NCBI GenBank assembly: GCA_964016885.1
Contig: OZ024747.1
Span: forward strand, 40,858,001-40,922,000
Direction of reading: 5' to 3'
From: Eledone cirrhosa
Taxonomy: Eukaryota
DNA length: 64,000 nucleotides
The notes below the pieces were generated by a model. It made no database searches. It was given only the letters and a program-made list of their open reading frames with translations, and was not told where the DNA came from. Of this stretch, positions 51,210-64,000 are shown piece by piece. The position numbers and the translations under genes were made by a program. The stretch's first letter is position 1. Every line of letters starts with the position of its first letter.

Positions 51210-54200
51210 AAAACGAAAAAACACCACAGCTCCTCTCTCCAAAAGCGAAGGCAAAGAAAGAAGGATAAAGACTGCACGGAGACTTGCAGCAACACCACCA
51301 AAATCACCATCACCACCACAAGCATCACCACCATCAACAACCACACCACCACCAGCATCACCAAAAACCCCAACATCACAAACACAACAAAGCACACATA
51401 CCCAACACCAACAACAAGAAAACAGCAACAAAACCACCACTCCCCGCAAAGTACACAGCCATAAAAATTGCACACCAAGGACTAATGGAACACATAAAAT
51501 AGCACACAGATATTTCAGACGTAAATTACCACACACCACCAACACCAAGAAAATTACCAAAAAACATTAACATTGCAGAAATTGAACTCGAAAACTACAA
51601 ACAATTAAAACAAAAATTCCCCAACTGCGTTGGGGATTTCAGGGGGTCATTCTCCAAGAGAATCTACAAAGATATCGTCTTGGAGACACCCATAACCAGC
51701 CGAGTGGACGATTCAACTGTCCCTTCCCCACACGATCAAGGTAAGTGATTCTTTCTCATTTTCCCCGTTCCTCATCCAACATGGCCGTACTTAGAATAGG
51801 CAGCATAAATGTACGTGGCCTAGGGTTATCTTGGAAGCAGGTTCACCTGCTCAACGACCTTGGGTCACTAAATATAGATGTGGTGGCCATCAGCGAGATC
51901 AGAATCGCCGAAGCACGAGCTTTTGCACCGATCTTCGGCGGCTACGATGTATACGCATCTCCCAGCCGTCCAGGATCGGGGGTAGAAGTTGCTGTGCTTT
52001 TTCGGAGAGGCTTGGATCTCACCACACGGGCCATCTTCGTAGACCCAGAGGGTAAGTCGGTGGTGCTGGACGTGACCGGCAGCGAAGGCAATGCTTCCAG
52101 ACTAGTAGCGGTCTACGCTCCAACAGGGGCAGGACGACCAGATTTCTTCAGACGTCTAGAGACCTTTCTTGGAACGTCCCGCTGTTTAGTGTTAGTGGGC
52201 GACTGGAACAGTATCTTAGATGCACGCTGGGATTATGTGGGGCTAGTAGACAGGGTTGGAGAATGTAAACGCCTCAAGAACCTGCTCAGACGTTTTGAAC
52301 TGTCTGACAGTTATTGACTGGATTCTCCGAATGTGCCAATGTGAACATGGGCAAACCGCATCGGCAAACCGCATCGGGTCATCCAGATCGTATTTAGATA
52401 GGTATTCTGTAGGGAAACAGATAAGGCTAGTGTAGGTTGTCCACAATTTAAAGTACCGATGGTCGACTCTATCACATGTATAGATTGATCCAAGTTGATC
52501 AGGGCCCCACCCGTGCCAGGTTCCTTAATCACCCTCTCTATGATGTATCGCATGAGATGGAGGTTGTCGTGGATGGATCTGTCCGGAATGGCGCATGTAT
52601 GCGCCTCTCCCACCAAATCACAAATTAGTGACCTGTGAAGTTGACTTAGATAGACTCCATAGGCAAGGGCCCGGCTACTGGAAGCTGAACGCGTCTTTCC
52701 CGGCGCGCAAAGATTACAGAGAAGGGATTAGTGAATTAGTTAAGCGTGCGTTGACGGGTGCGATCGTCAACAACAGGTGGTGGTTTACCCTGAAAAGGGC
52801 TATTAGAGTAGAATCGATAAGGTTTAGTAAAGGCGTAAGTGATAGAGGAAAATAGAGTAGAGGGAGAGCTAATTAGAAAATTAGAAGAGGCGTTTAGGAC
52901 AGGCATCGCAACCGACATGCTTGCGGCGAGATTGACACTCGACCAATTCTTCAACGCAAAGCATGAAGGATGCGTTATCAAAGCTAGAGCGCGTCCTCTG
53001 AGACGAGGGGACGAAAGCCGTTCAATAGGCCCGGGTGGTGAAGGCGCGACGTGGCAACAAGTCCACAATACGGTCTTTGCCTGATCAAAACGGGCGCATA
53101 TTGCTCGAATCCGAGCAAATGTGTGCAGCTTTTCAACAGCACTTTGCTCGAATGTTCGGGAGCGGCGGCGAGTGCATACCTCGATGGACTGCCGCGGCTC
53201 TCGACGACCACAGCCCAGTGCTGCGAAAGGCCGATAACAGCAGGTGAAATACGGTAAGCGATGTCTACCTGCACGAGGGGTAAATCGCCAGGTTTGGATG
53301 GTCTACCCTACGAGCTTTATGCGTACATGCCATACTTGTTCGGCGACCTCTTGGCAGATGTCTACTGCAACTGTCAGCAGAACTGGAATATTCCCAGTTT
53401 TGTGAGCCGGGGAGCGGTGGCGCTGTTGAGAAAAGACCCGAACAAAGGGGACGTTATAGACAACTTCAGGCCCATAACTCTGCTAAACACAGGGTTCAAG
53501 ATTTTGGCCAAGGTGTTAGCAAAGAGATTGGCGCTTGTCGTCGGTGATTTGGTGGGAGAGGCGCATACATGCGCCATTCCGGACAGATCCATCCACGACA
53601 ACCTCCATCTCATGCGATACATCATAGAGAGGGTGATTAAGGAACCTGGCACGGGTGGGGCCCTGATCAACTTGGATCAATCTATACATGTGATAGAGTC
53701 GACCATTGGTAGCTGGCTGCGGGTTTCGAGGCGACCGGCTTCGGGCCCGTTTTTAGGGGCTGGATCGCTGCGATGCACAGCGACATCTACTCTATTGTGA
53801 GGGTGAATGGTCACCTGTCGCAGCCGTTCAGCATCATGCGCTCGGTCCCCCATGGTTGTCCCCTCTCGTCCCTCTTGTACGTACTGGCCCTCGAGCCATT
53901 ACTGTACAAATTGGAGACCATGATGGGGGTCCCTCGCGAACTGAGATGCGGGAGATCCATGTCGGCTCAAGTTGACAATGTCACCGTGGTGGTGTCGAGT
54001 ACCAAACCCGTCCAGATGCTCGGGACAGCTCTCAAGCAATACGAAGTGGTGACAGGAGCAAAGATAAACCAGAAAAAGTCGGTGGGCTTGCAACTCAGCA
54101 CCTGGGGAGGCAGGTCTATGTCGTCAGACAGCGTCGTGGGGAGCTGGACGGAAGGACCGGTTATATTGCTCGGGGTCTGGTTCGGTCCGGACCTCCAGTT

Positions 54201-55437
54201 GGAGAAAAACTGGAGCGGGTGACGAGCAGGCTGGCTTCTCTCGCCGAGAAATTGCCTGAGAGGAGGTTGTCTCTGAAAGGTCGGGTGGAGGTGGCGAATA
54301 CGTACATCGCGTCCGTCATCTGCTACCCCCTGACCGTCGTACCTTGCCCCCGTCCAACTCTGACCAAAATGGAGCGCCTTCTCTTCCGCACTTTGTGGAA
54401 GGGATGTGCTCCCATGGTCAGACGATCCATCTGCTGTCAGCACCCGTTGCGTGGAGAACTGGGCATGCCGTGGCTGATGATGCGTAAACATGCACTGAGG
54501 CTGCGACATGTCTGGTGCTTCGTGACGGTGAACAGATGTGGTCGCCGTTTGCCAGACGTGCTTTTCCCCAGCTCGTCTCCTTGACGGAGCTGCAGTCCTG
54601 GATCAGAAAAAGACGGAGGGATAGCGCTTGGAAGGTGGAATGTCTCCAAGCGCTCACCGCCCTCTACCAGCTAGGCACTGATATCGGTGGAACATCCACC
54701 TTGATGTTCTATAGAGGGCTAGTGGAGGGGAAGAGCGACGACGTTCTCGAGGAGACCCTGGGCGTCGTAGACGATCAGCTGTTTGCTCTCTTCAAGAGAA
54801 CTTTCTGCCCGGAGCCTATGGACAACTTCCATAGCTATGTCGAACAGCTGCTGTCGCGTGTAGGGCGGATCCGGTTATCGACTGAATCCATCGTGCAGAT
54901 AACCCCGCCATCCTCCTTTAAAGAGGAGGAAGGGCAGGCAGTTTTCATCTGCCTGGTGGCCATGGCGAAAGAGATTGTGTGGTGGACAAGGTTGAAAGGG
55001 TTAAAGACAGACACTTTCCTCTTCGGCCAATCCCTGATTAACTTTTTCAAGTTTCACTTGAAGAGGAAAATCAGGGTGAAGAGGCAAGTGCTGTCTTCTA
55101 GTAAGTTTGTTGAAAGGTGGGTGAAAGTGGCGAGTCTGGTCCGAGTGAACGTGCTCGCTGTGAGTATGCGCCTGTTGACTGAGGAGTGGGAAAACTGAGA
55201 GAGGGCGCTTGCCCTGGTGGTCAGGGGGGCCGTGGTCTTTTGTGTGGTTTTCGCCACGAGTGACCCTCGGAAGTTCCCCCCCCTATTGAGGAATTTTTTG
55301 TTGTTTGATTTTTTTGATATTTCTATCTTGTTATAACCTTTTTTACACGGCCAAAACCCACTTTGTATCGTCCTGTACTGTTCTGTGCCGTCTCTAGTGT
55401 TTTTCTTCGTGTCAGCCCTTGTGGCCAATAAAGAAAC

Positions 55438-55469
<32 letters not shown>

Positions 55470-55470
55470 G
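51210..55470 (+). mobile_element. L1/Tx1-clade LINE, 5'-truncated in ORF1, decayed ORF2, (TTA)n tail
   Basis: APE: GSINVRGL..VYAP..GDWN; GPGYWKLN; KSPGLDGLPYE; NFRPITLLN; HGCPLSSLLY; GELGMP; AATAAAGAAAC+(TTA)n; preceded by another 3'-end fragment at 51100-51210. Confidence 0.92.
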
Positions 55471-55473
55471 TAA

Positions 55474-55509
<36 letters not shown>

Positions 55510-55983
55510 CAGTAGTAGTAGTAGTAAAAGGATCGTTAGAACACCTTTACCTGTCATCCTTCCAAGGTAGATACAAAGTAAAATACCAATCAAGTACTGG
55601 AAGTCCATGTATCCGTCTTTCCTCTATCCCTACAATTTGCTGGTCTTGTGCCTAAACTACAATTATTATTTTTACTACCGTTGTTATGTGACAGAATGTA
55701 AATATTGATTTTTTTTCCCTAATTAGCACAATAAGGAAGAATCTCATATATAAACCAGATATGCCTTGAAGTAAAGCTACATTCTTGCAATAGCTATTAT
55801 AAGCTAAGAAATGTGCTGCATGTCTAATCAGGTTTCACTTGCTTGTACAAGTTATTAGCCGTAGTTTAATTGACATCTTGCACGATATATTTTCTCGTGT
55901 GTTACATTTGAAGGTGTCGGAATATTATCGACGCTTTGCATGGTCTCAAATGTATATGTATAAATACATACACATACACATGT

Positions 55984-56034
<51 letters not shown>

Positions 56035-56141
56035 TGCATACATACATGCATAAATATATATATAGGAAAATGTTTGACCCCGACGGCAGAGCTCAAGCTG
56101 TTTCGATGGCTATCATCTGGTTCCTTACCACACGTCCTTCG

Positions 56142-56193
<52 letters not shown>

Positions 56194-56433
56194 CTGTCTG
56201 TGCGTTTATACTCATATACTTCTAGGCAGCATGGTCGAATGTTTCACATATTCCTTTCACCATCACACGATTCTTCATTGCATTTTAGTCACGTATCTCT
56301 TCCCATAGTATCGGGTCTAAGCAAGACTTTCGATTGAAATCCGTTTGATGAAAACAGTACGAAAGTTAATACATGTATGTAGATGTTTATATTTTATATT
56401 TCACAGTTTGGTTACTCCAGTTTCATGCTGATT

Positions 56434-56487
<54 letters not shown>

Positions 56488-56726
56488 TGTTTCTTTATTA
56501 AACACAGGGGCACAAAAGAAGGGGACAAATACAAAGGGGGAAGTTTACATACAATAAAAACGTGTAAAATGTTATCACAAATGCAATTTAAAAAGTTAGT
56601 CGATTTTCCCCAATAGAGGGAGACAGTTTATATGGGTAACACATACCCCCGAAAAAATGTGCAACCCTCATCTCCAGGAGTACGAAGAATTTGTACTCCC
56701 TTCCTCTCCTCCTCCTTTTCCTCAAC

Positions 56727-59700
56727 CTACAGGCTGATATAGAGAGAAGGCCCATTCACTCGGGCCATTCTCGCCACTTTCACCCACCTTTCATAAAACT
56801 TGCTGGGGTACAGCACCTCTCTCTCCATCCTGATTCTTCTTCCAAATTGGTATTTGAAAAAAAGAATCAGTTGTTTGCCGGAGAGAAACGTGTCTGACCT
56901 CAGCCCTTTCAACCTTGTCCACCATACAACCTCTTTCGCCATAGCTATCACACAAAGGAAAACCGCCTCTCCTTCGTTTTTGAAGGAGGGTGGCGGTTTG
57001 ATCATGACAATGGACTCGGTGGTCAACCGGATTGGTCCCACCCGCGACAATAGTCGTTCTACATAGCCCCACAGGTCAGTGACGCCCGGGCAGTGTATGA
57101 ATGCGTGCGCGACGGTTTCTTCGTCTCGCACGCACATCGGACAGATCTTTTTTGCCGGGTCCCTGTCTGGGCGCCCATGTCTGTAGAGCTTCTCTCGAAC
57201 TGGTAGAGCTCCTCGGTAGCACTGCCAGGCCAGGGACTTTTGGAAGTTGTCCATCGGTCCCGGGCGCAAGGTCCTACCGAACAGACTGGCCAGTTCATCT
57301 TCCTCTACGCCTAGAGTTTCACCGAGCGCGTCGTCGCACTTGCTGCGGACCAACCCTCTATACAATGACGAAGTGGAGTCTCCACTGATCGCCGGGTCCG
57401 CCTGCCAGAGGGCTGTGAGCGCCTGAGCACATTCGATGTGCCAGTCGCCCATTTTCCTCGGTCTTTGCTTGACCAGGACTGCAGCTCGGTCAGCGAGACG
57501 AGTCGTGGGAAGGCTCGCCTCACGAACGGGGCCCACACCGGTTGTCCGGTGAGGAATACGTAGAGATGCCGCAGCCTGAGCGCGTGTTTGCGCATCGTCA
57601 GCCACGGCATCCCCAGCCCTACGTTAGAAGGGTGTTGGCATCAGATAGATCTTCTCACCAAAGGAGCCCGCCTCTTCCAAAGGAATCGGAAGAGCGCGCG
57701 CTCCATTTTGGCGAGCGTTTTGGCTGGACAAGGCACGACGGTCAAGCGGTAGTAGATGGCGGACGCTATAAAAGTGTTCGCCACCTCCGCTCGACCTTTC
57801 AAGGATAGTTTGCACTCGGCCCACTTCTGGGTGAGTGCAAACACCTTGGCCGTCACTTCATTCCAGTTCTTCTCTACCTGGAGGTCCGGACCAAACCAGA
57901 CCCGAGCAGCTTTACCGGTCCTTCCGTCCAGCATCCGACGACGCCATCGGAAGGCATCGGTTTGCCTCTCCACGATCCGAGTTGCAAACCGATGGACTTG
58001 TCCCGGTTCAGCTTCGCTTCTGTGAAACTTTCGTATTCCTTCAGTAAGGTGCCGACTTCCTCGATTTGCGAGGCGCTCGACACCATTACTGTCACGTCGT
58101 CGGCGTAGGCCGACGCCGCTTTCCGCAGTCCCGGTTCCAGAGGGATGCCCTGCAATAGCTCCAACTTCCGCAGTAGTGGCTCGAGAGTCAGTACGTACAG
58201 AAGGGAGGAGAGAGGGCATCCCTGTCTAATGGATCGCGTAATATGGAACGGCTCCGAGAGGTAGCCGTTCACCTTGACCCTTGAGCAGATGTTGCTATTG
58301 TGCATTGCAGCAATCCAGCCCCTGAACACGGGTCCGAAGCCTGCCGCCTCGAGCACCGCATCCAGGTAACGATGGTCAACCCTGTCGAAAGCCTTAGACT
58401 GATCCAAGTTGATCAGGGCCCCACCGAAGCCGGGTTTACACCCTACCCTCTCTATGATGTATCGCATGAGGTGGAGGTTGTCGTGTATGGACCTGATCGG
58501 GATTGCGCATGTCTGCGCTTCTTCCACCAGGTTCTCGACGACAAGCGCCAGCCTCTTTTCCAACACCTTGGCCAAAATCTGTATCTCTGTGTTTAGCAGA
58601 GTTATGGGCCGGAAGTTGCCTATGTCATTCTCGTCCTTCCTGATTAGTGTGACCACGCCCCCTGTTACAGAACTGGGAATTCTCCTGTTCTGTTGCCAGT
58701 TGCAGTAGACCGCTTCCAGGAGACCGGAGAATAAGTCCGGCATTGCTACGTAAAATTCGTAGGGTAGACCGTCGAGACCTGGAGATTTGCGTTTGCCGCA
58801 TTGGCTCAGCGCGTCCCCTATCTCAGCTGCTGAAATCGGCTTTTCGCAGAACTTTGCCTCGCTGTCCGAGAGTCGCGGTAGGCCGTCGAGGTATGGACCG
58901 AAATCCATAGCCCCTCCCGGCGCGCCGCCCCTCCCGAACAGTTGAACAAAGTGCCGCTGAAAGGCCGCACACATCTGCTTCGGCTCACGTATCACGCGTC
59001 CGTTTTGGTCCTTCAAAGACCGAATCGTGGACTTTTTGCCACTTTTTGCCTCCGTCACTCGGGCCCAGCTAACAGCTTTGGCTCCCTCGTTTCCCAGAGC
59101 ACGTATTCTGCTTCTGACAACGCAGCCCTCGTGCTTTGCGTCGAAGAACTCGTCCAAGGCCGTTCTCGTTGCTAGCACGCTGGCTACGTTGCCACTTCTA
59201 ATTGCCTCTTCTACTTTATCTACCAGTTCCTTCTCGGTTCTATTTCTATCTAACGCTAATTATTTACTAAAAACTATCGAGTCTAATCTAACTGCCCTCT
59301 TGAGAGAGTACCACCATCTGTTGTTGACAATGGCCCCTGTCAAGTGCTGTTTAACCAAAGTGCTAATCCGTCTACTGTAGGCTTTCCTTGTCGGTAACGA
59401 CAAGTTCAGCTTCCAGTAGCCTGGTCCTTGTCTATGGGTTCTATCAAGGTTGGCCATGCAGGTCACTAGTTTGTGATCTGAATAGGCAACCATGAACATT
59501 TGTGGACAGCTTAACATGTCCCTATCCTTATTTCTAACTAGAACCCTATCTAGGTACGATCTAGATGTTCCGCTACGATTACTCCACGTCCACAGTGGTG
59601 CAGTCGGAAAATCTAGTCAATATCTATGGGCCAGGTCAAATCGGTCGATTAACTGTTTGAGGCTGTTACACCCCCCTTTGTCGGGACATGCTCCCACATA

Positions 59701-60153
59701 GTCCCAACGTGCATCTAGGATACCATTCCAGTCCCCCACTAAAAGCAAGGAGCGGGACGTTCCCAGAAAAGTCTCTAGACGTTTGAAGAAGTCTGGCCGC
59801 GGTGTCCCGGATGGGGCATATGCGGCCACCAGCCTGAAGGCTCCACCTTCACTACCGTCAACGTCTAGGACCACCAGTCGACCCTCCGGGTCCAGATGTA
59901 CCGTCTGTGTTACGAGGCCCAGGTGTTTCCGCAGCAAAACGGCAACTCCGCCTCCACCCCCCGGTTGACAGAGAGATACGTAGATCTCAAAGTCATCGAA
60001 GATGGGGGCCAGCTGTCGCTCGCTGTGGATCCTGGACTCGCAAATGGCTACCACATCCATACTGTGCGACCTGAGGTCGTTTAAGAGTTTGCCCTGTTTC
60101 CAGGGCATCCCCAGGCCGCGTACGTTCACACATCCAACTCTTATATTGGCCAT
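56727..60153 (-). pseudogene. Tx1/L1 ORF2 (APE endonuclease, RT, CCHC), few stops/frameshifts
   Basis: MANIRVGCVNVRGL; YSDHK; KSPGLDGLPYEFY; DQSKAFDRVDH; RQGCPLS; YADDVT; CPMCVRDEETVAHAFIHC. Confidence 0.93.
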
Positions 60154-60186
60154 GTTGGTGCTGAAAAGTTAAAAGAGGAAAAGAGA

Positions 60187-62113
60187 TCACTCACCCTTCG
60201 TCTCCTGGGGACCAGGCCGCACGATTTCCATGGGGGTGTTGGAGGGATTGTCTGGATAGGTGGTGGTTTTCGGCGGGATGGGGACGGAGATGTTTGGTGG
60301 GGTGGGGTCTGGTGGGATGGGGGTGTCTGGGGTGGGGAGACATTTGAGAAGGACGCGGTTAAGTGGTTTCACGCAGGAATTCTCCACATCCTTCTCAAAT
60401 GTTTCTTTTAGGGACATATAAGTTTGTATAGGGACCCTAATCAGTTTTAGGTTCAGTTTTTTGTTATTTTTAATAGAGTGGGCGAAAGTTTTCCCTTCGG
60501 TTTTAACCGAAGGGTCGTTCGTGATGGTCTACATTAGTGTCTTGTTTTCAGTGTTTATGTAAGTGTAAGTGTAATTTTCTAGTGTTGTATTTGTTTTTGT
60601 CTGTAGTTCTTGTGTGTGCTTTCGTTTTCTTGTAGGTATTTTGTTTTCAGGAGGTGGGGGTTTTGTTTGTGATGTTTTTGTTGTTTGTGTTGGTGGTTGT
60701 ATGTTTGTGGTAGTGTTTGCTTTTTTTTTTGCTTTTGTGATGTCTTTTCTTTCTTTTCGAGCGATGGGGTTCTCCCTCGTCTTCACTGGGTGATGGCGAG
60801 ATAGCCTCATCTGTTGTATCGTCTGTGTGATTGGGGAGGGGTATGTCTTGGGGAGCTGTTGTGTCTGTATGTGATTTTGCAGTGGTTTTAGGTGGAGTGG
60901 GGTTGGGTGGGACTGTGTTTGTTGTGGTTATTTTTGTGTGTTGGTGTTGTTGTGGTGGTGTTGGTGGTTGTGTTGTTTTGATGGGTGTCGGCAGAAGAGC
61001 CTTTTTTTTATTCATTAATTTAGGACAGGAAGCCCTCAGGTGACCCCTGCTAAAGCAATGGTAACATGAAGGCCGCCTATCCTCAACCGAAAAGTTTATG
61101 TAGGTGAGTCCGTCCAGGAGTACACGTTGTGGGATCATAGCTATTCGCTCTGGGCTCATTTGCACCAGAACTTCAATGCTAGTCCCATTGAATACATCTC
61201 TGGGGGACTTTCCTACTGACAGTATTCTGTCTTCATCAAAATTGATGAAGCCGCACAGTATCCACCATATGTTCACCTTTGGTGTGACACTCGTGATTTT
61301 GATCTTTTGTGTCCTTTTCCCCATTTATGTTGGGAAAAAGGTGTACAGGTTGGATACAATTGGCGACACAGAGTAATTTTGGGCCGTCAATTGATCCTTC
61401 ATGAGTACCGAAATACTCCCCAAAAGTTTGCTTCTTTGAATGAATGCAATATCATTCATTGAATTTTTGAAAACCAGTTCAATTTCTTTCTGTGACAATT
61501 GGACTGGTTTTCGGGTAGAATTGGAAACTGTCCTAAAAACTATCGTTTTGAGAGCAGTTTCCTTGCGAATTTCTACCGGAGAATTGATGCTGAAAGCACC
61601 ATTTTTTTCGAAAGTGACATATCTCCTAGCGTCCTTTAAAAGTTGTTCGGCATTTGTTATGTCGAGATATATCAGTACCTCCTTTTTTTGAACTGTCTGT
61701 GCAAAGGCGATTTTTGGTTTCTTTGTGGAATTATCCGTGTTGGTGGTGTTGTCATTATTGTTGTTATTGTTGTTGGTATTCTTGTTGTCACCGATGTTGA
61801 TATTATTCGTATTTTCCTTGGTGTTGTTGTTGTCTTTGATGCTGGTGTTATTGGTGTTGTCTTTATTTTTTTCTTTGTTGTTGTTATCATTGTTGTTTTT
61901 ATCATCATTATTGGTGTTGCTGTTATTTTTGTTGTCATTGAACTGTTTGGTGTCATTTGTGTTGTTTGGATATGAATTTTTTTTTGCATTTTCATTTCGT
62001 CTTTCCATCTCTATAGTATCTATTGAGAAGGAAAGGGGAGAAGACGATGTTGACTGCGAGCTTTGTAGTCTTACCGCCTCTCCACCACCATTATCGTTGG
62101 ACGCAGCATTCAT
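60187..62113 (-). pseudogene. Tx1/L1 ORF1 (gag-like, zinc knuckle), frameshifted
   Basis: Asn-rich N-terminus (61325-62113); CYHCFSRGHLRASC CCHC knuckle (60647-61324); Pro/Thr-rich C-terminus abutting ORF2. Confidence 0.85.
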
Positions 62114-62324
62114 AACGTAATCAAACTTTTACAATATTTTTTCCAAGATTCGATGGAGAAAAAATTTTTCAAACGAATATTTCGAAAATGAGTTGACCCA
62201 CCACCTGAAGGTCCAGACGGGGAGTCAAGTTACACAATAATATAAAATTTAACTGAAAACTCACGTTTTTTTCTTACATAAATTAACGGAAACTTCTCCG
62301 CGAAGTTACACACGTCTGATAGAG

Positions 62325-62389
<65 letters not shown>

Positions 62390-62395
62390 TATAGA

Positions 62396-63580
62396 TATGT
62401 TTCTTTTATTTGCCACTAGGGCATCAAAAGTGGGACAAGTACAAAGGGGGGAGTTTACACAAAAAGGCGTCCTCAATAAGGAGGAGGCAATAACAAAATA
62501 TAAAAATAAAATAAGATATAACAAAAAATAAAATTTTTAACAAAATCCTCAATAGAGAGGAGGCGCCTTGGGGGGTCGCACACACCCCCGAAAAAAGTGT
62601 GCAACCCTTTTCCTCAGGAGCACAGAGAGGGGGTGCTCCCTCGTTCCTTCCTCTTTTCCACCTACAGGCTTATGTAAAGAGAAGGCCCATTCACACGGGC
62701 CATTCTCGCCACTTTCACCCACCTTTCATAAAAACGACTGGGGTGCAGCACCTCTCTCTCCATCCTGATCCTTCTTCCGAAATGATATCGGAAGAAACGG
62801 ACCAGTTGTTGGCCAGAGAGAAAGGTGCCTGACCTCAGTCCTTTCAGACGCGTCCACCATACAACCTCTTTCGCCATGGCTATTACGCACAGAAACACCG
62901 CCTCTGCTTCATCTTTGAAGGGGGGAGGCGGCTTGATCATTACAATAGACTCGGTGGTCAACGGGATCGGTCCCACCCTTGACAGCAGTTGTTCGACATA
63001 GCCCCACAGATCGGCTACGCCCGAGCAGTGTACCAATGCGTGTGCAACGGTTTCCTCGTCGCACACGCATCTGGGACAGATCTTTTTAGCGGGGTACCTA
63101 CCCGGGCGCCCGTGTCTGTAGAGCCTTTCTCGAACGGGTAAAGCCCCTCGGTAGCACTGCCAGGCCAGGGACTTCTGGAAGTTGTCCATAGGTCCCGGGC
63201 TGAATGTCCTACCGAACAGGCTGGCCAGTTCGTCCTCCTCCATGTCTAGGGCTTCTCCGAGGGCGTCGTCGCACCTGCTGCGTACCAGCCCTCTATAGAA
63301 TGTTGCGGTGGAGTCTCCACTGATAACCGGATCCGCCTGCCAGAGGGCGGTAAGCGCCTGGGCACACTCAGTGTGCCAGGCGCCCAGTTTTCTCGGTCTT
63401 TGCTTGACCCAGGATTGCAGCTCGGTGAGTGAGACGAGTCTGGGAAAGGTTCGTCTCACAAACGAGGCCCACACCGGTTGTCCGGTGAGGAATACGTAGA
63501 GGTGCCGTAGCCTTAATGCGTGTTTACGCATCATTAGCCACGGCATCCCCAGCCCTCCTTTCGAAGGGTGTTGACAGCAG
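62396..63580 (-). mobile_element. 5'-truncated Tx1/L1 copy between (GATA)n tracts
   Basis: CCQHPSKGGLGMPWL...CPRCVCDEETVAH...SLYISL; homologous to 56727-57640 but with a different 3' UTR. Confidence 0.92.
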
Positions 63581-63647
<67 letters not shown>

Positions 63648-63649
<2 letters not shown>

Positions 63650-63902
63650 TGTTTCTTTATTAGCCACAGGGGCACAAAAGAAGGGCCAAATATAAATGGG
63701 GAAGTGTACATACAATAAAAACGTGTAAAATACTATCACAAATGCAATTTAAAAATCAATCGATTTTCCCCAATAAAGGGAGACATTTAATATGGGTAAC
63801 ACATACCCCCGAAAAAATGTGCAACCCTCATCTCCAGGAGTACGAAAAGTGAGTACCCCCTTCCTCTCTTCCTCTTTTTCTTCAACCTACAGGCTGATAT
63901 AT

Positions 63903-63936
<34 letters not shown>

Positions 63937-64000
63937 TTCTTTATTAGCCACAGGGGCACAAAAGAAGGGGACAAATACAAAGGGGGAAGTTTACATACAA
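63648..64000 (-). mobile_element. Two further Tx1 3'-end fragments separated by (GATA)n
   Basis: 63648-63900 and 63935-64000 match 56486-56740. Confidence 0.9.

Larger units (their letters stand above)
56486..62320 (-). mobile_element. Full-length L1/Tx1-clade LINE flanked by (GATA)n on both sides
   Basis: 5' UTR from ~62320, ORF1, ORF2, 3' UTR ending AATAAAGAAAC then (TATC)n. Confidence 0.95.

Noticed and set aside
51063-51570. Membrane-protein-like or His-rich ORFs
   Set aside because: Alternative frames of the low-complexity CA-rich Tx1 ORF1 remnant; the same applies to 61643-62120

Overview
AT-rich, microsatellite-dense eukaryotic DNA made almost entirely of transposable elements. It is probably coleoid cephalopod (octopus), inferred from the SINE types and the (TA)n/(CA)n/(GATA)n density. 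No intact host gene is confidently seen, and most ORFs in the track are microsatellite or antisense artefacts. Elements present: several Penelope-like retroelements (PLEs; GIY-YIG, including Naiad-type), a decayed Helitron (Rep+Pif1), a DD34D mariner, RTE and R4/Dong-like LINE fragments, a cluster of L1/Tx1-type elements sitting in (GATA)n/(TTA)n repeats, many tRNA-derived SINEs and MITEs. The most striking signal is a dense set of minimal type-I hammerhead ribozymes: about 14 well-formed and about 8 degenerate, from roughly 10 sequence families. Most lie in short ORF-less, head-to-head (palindromic) or partially tandem elements inserted in (TA)n. One family has a compensatory U3-A8 core (UUGAAAA) with stem II covariation between copies. 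All motifs were folded by eye and nothing was computed or searched.
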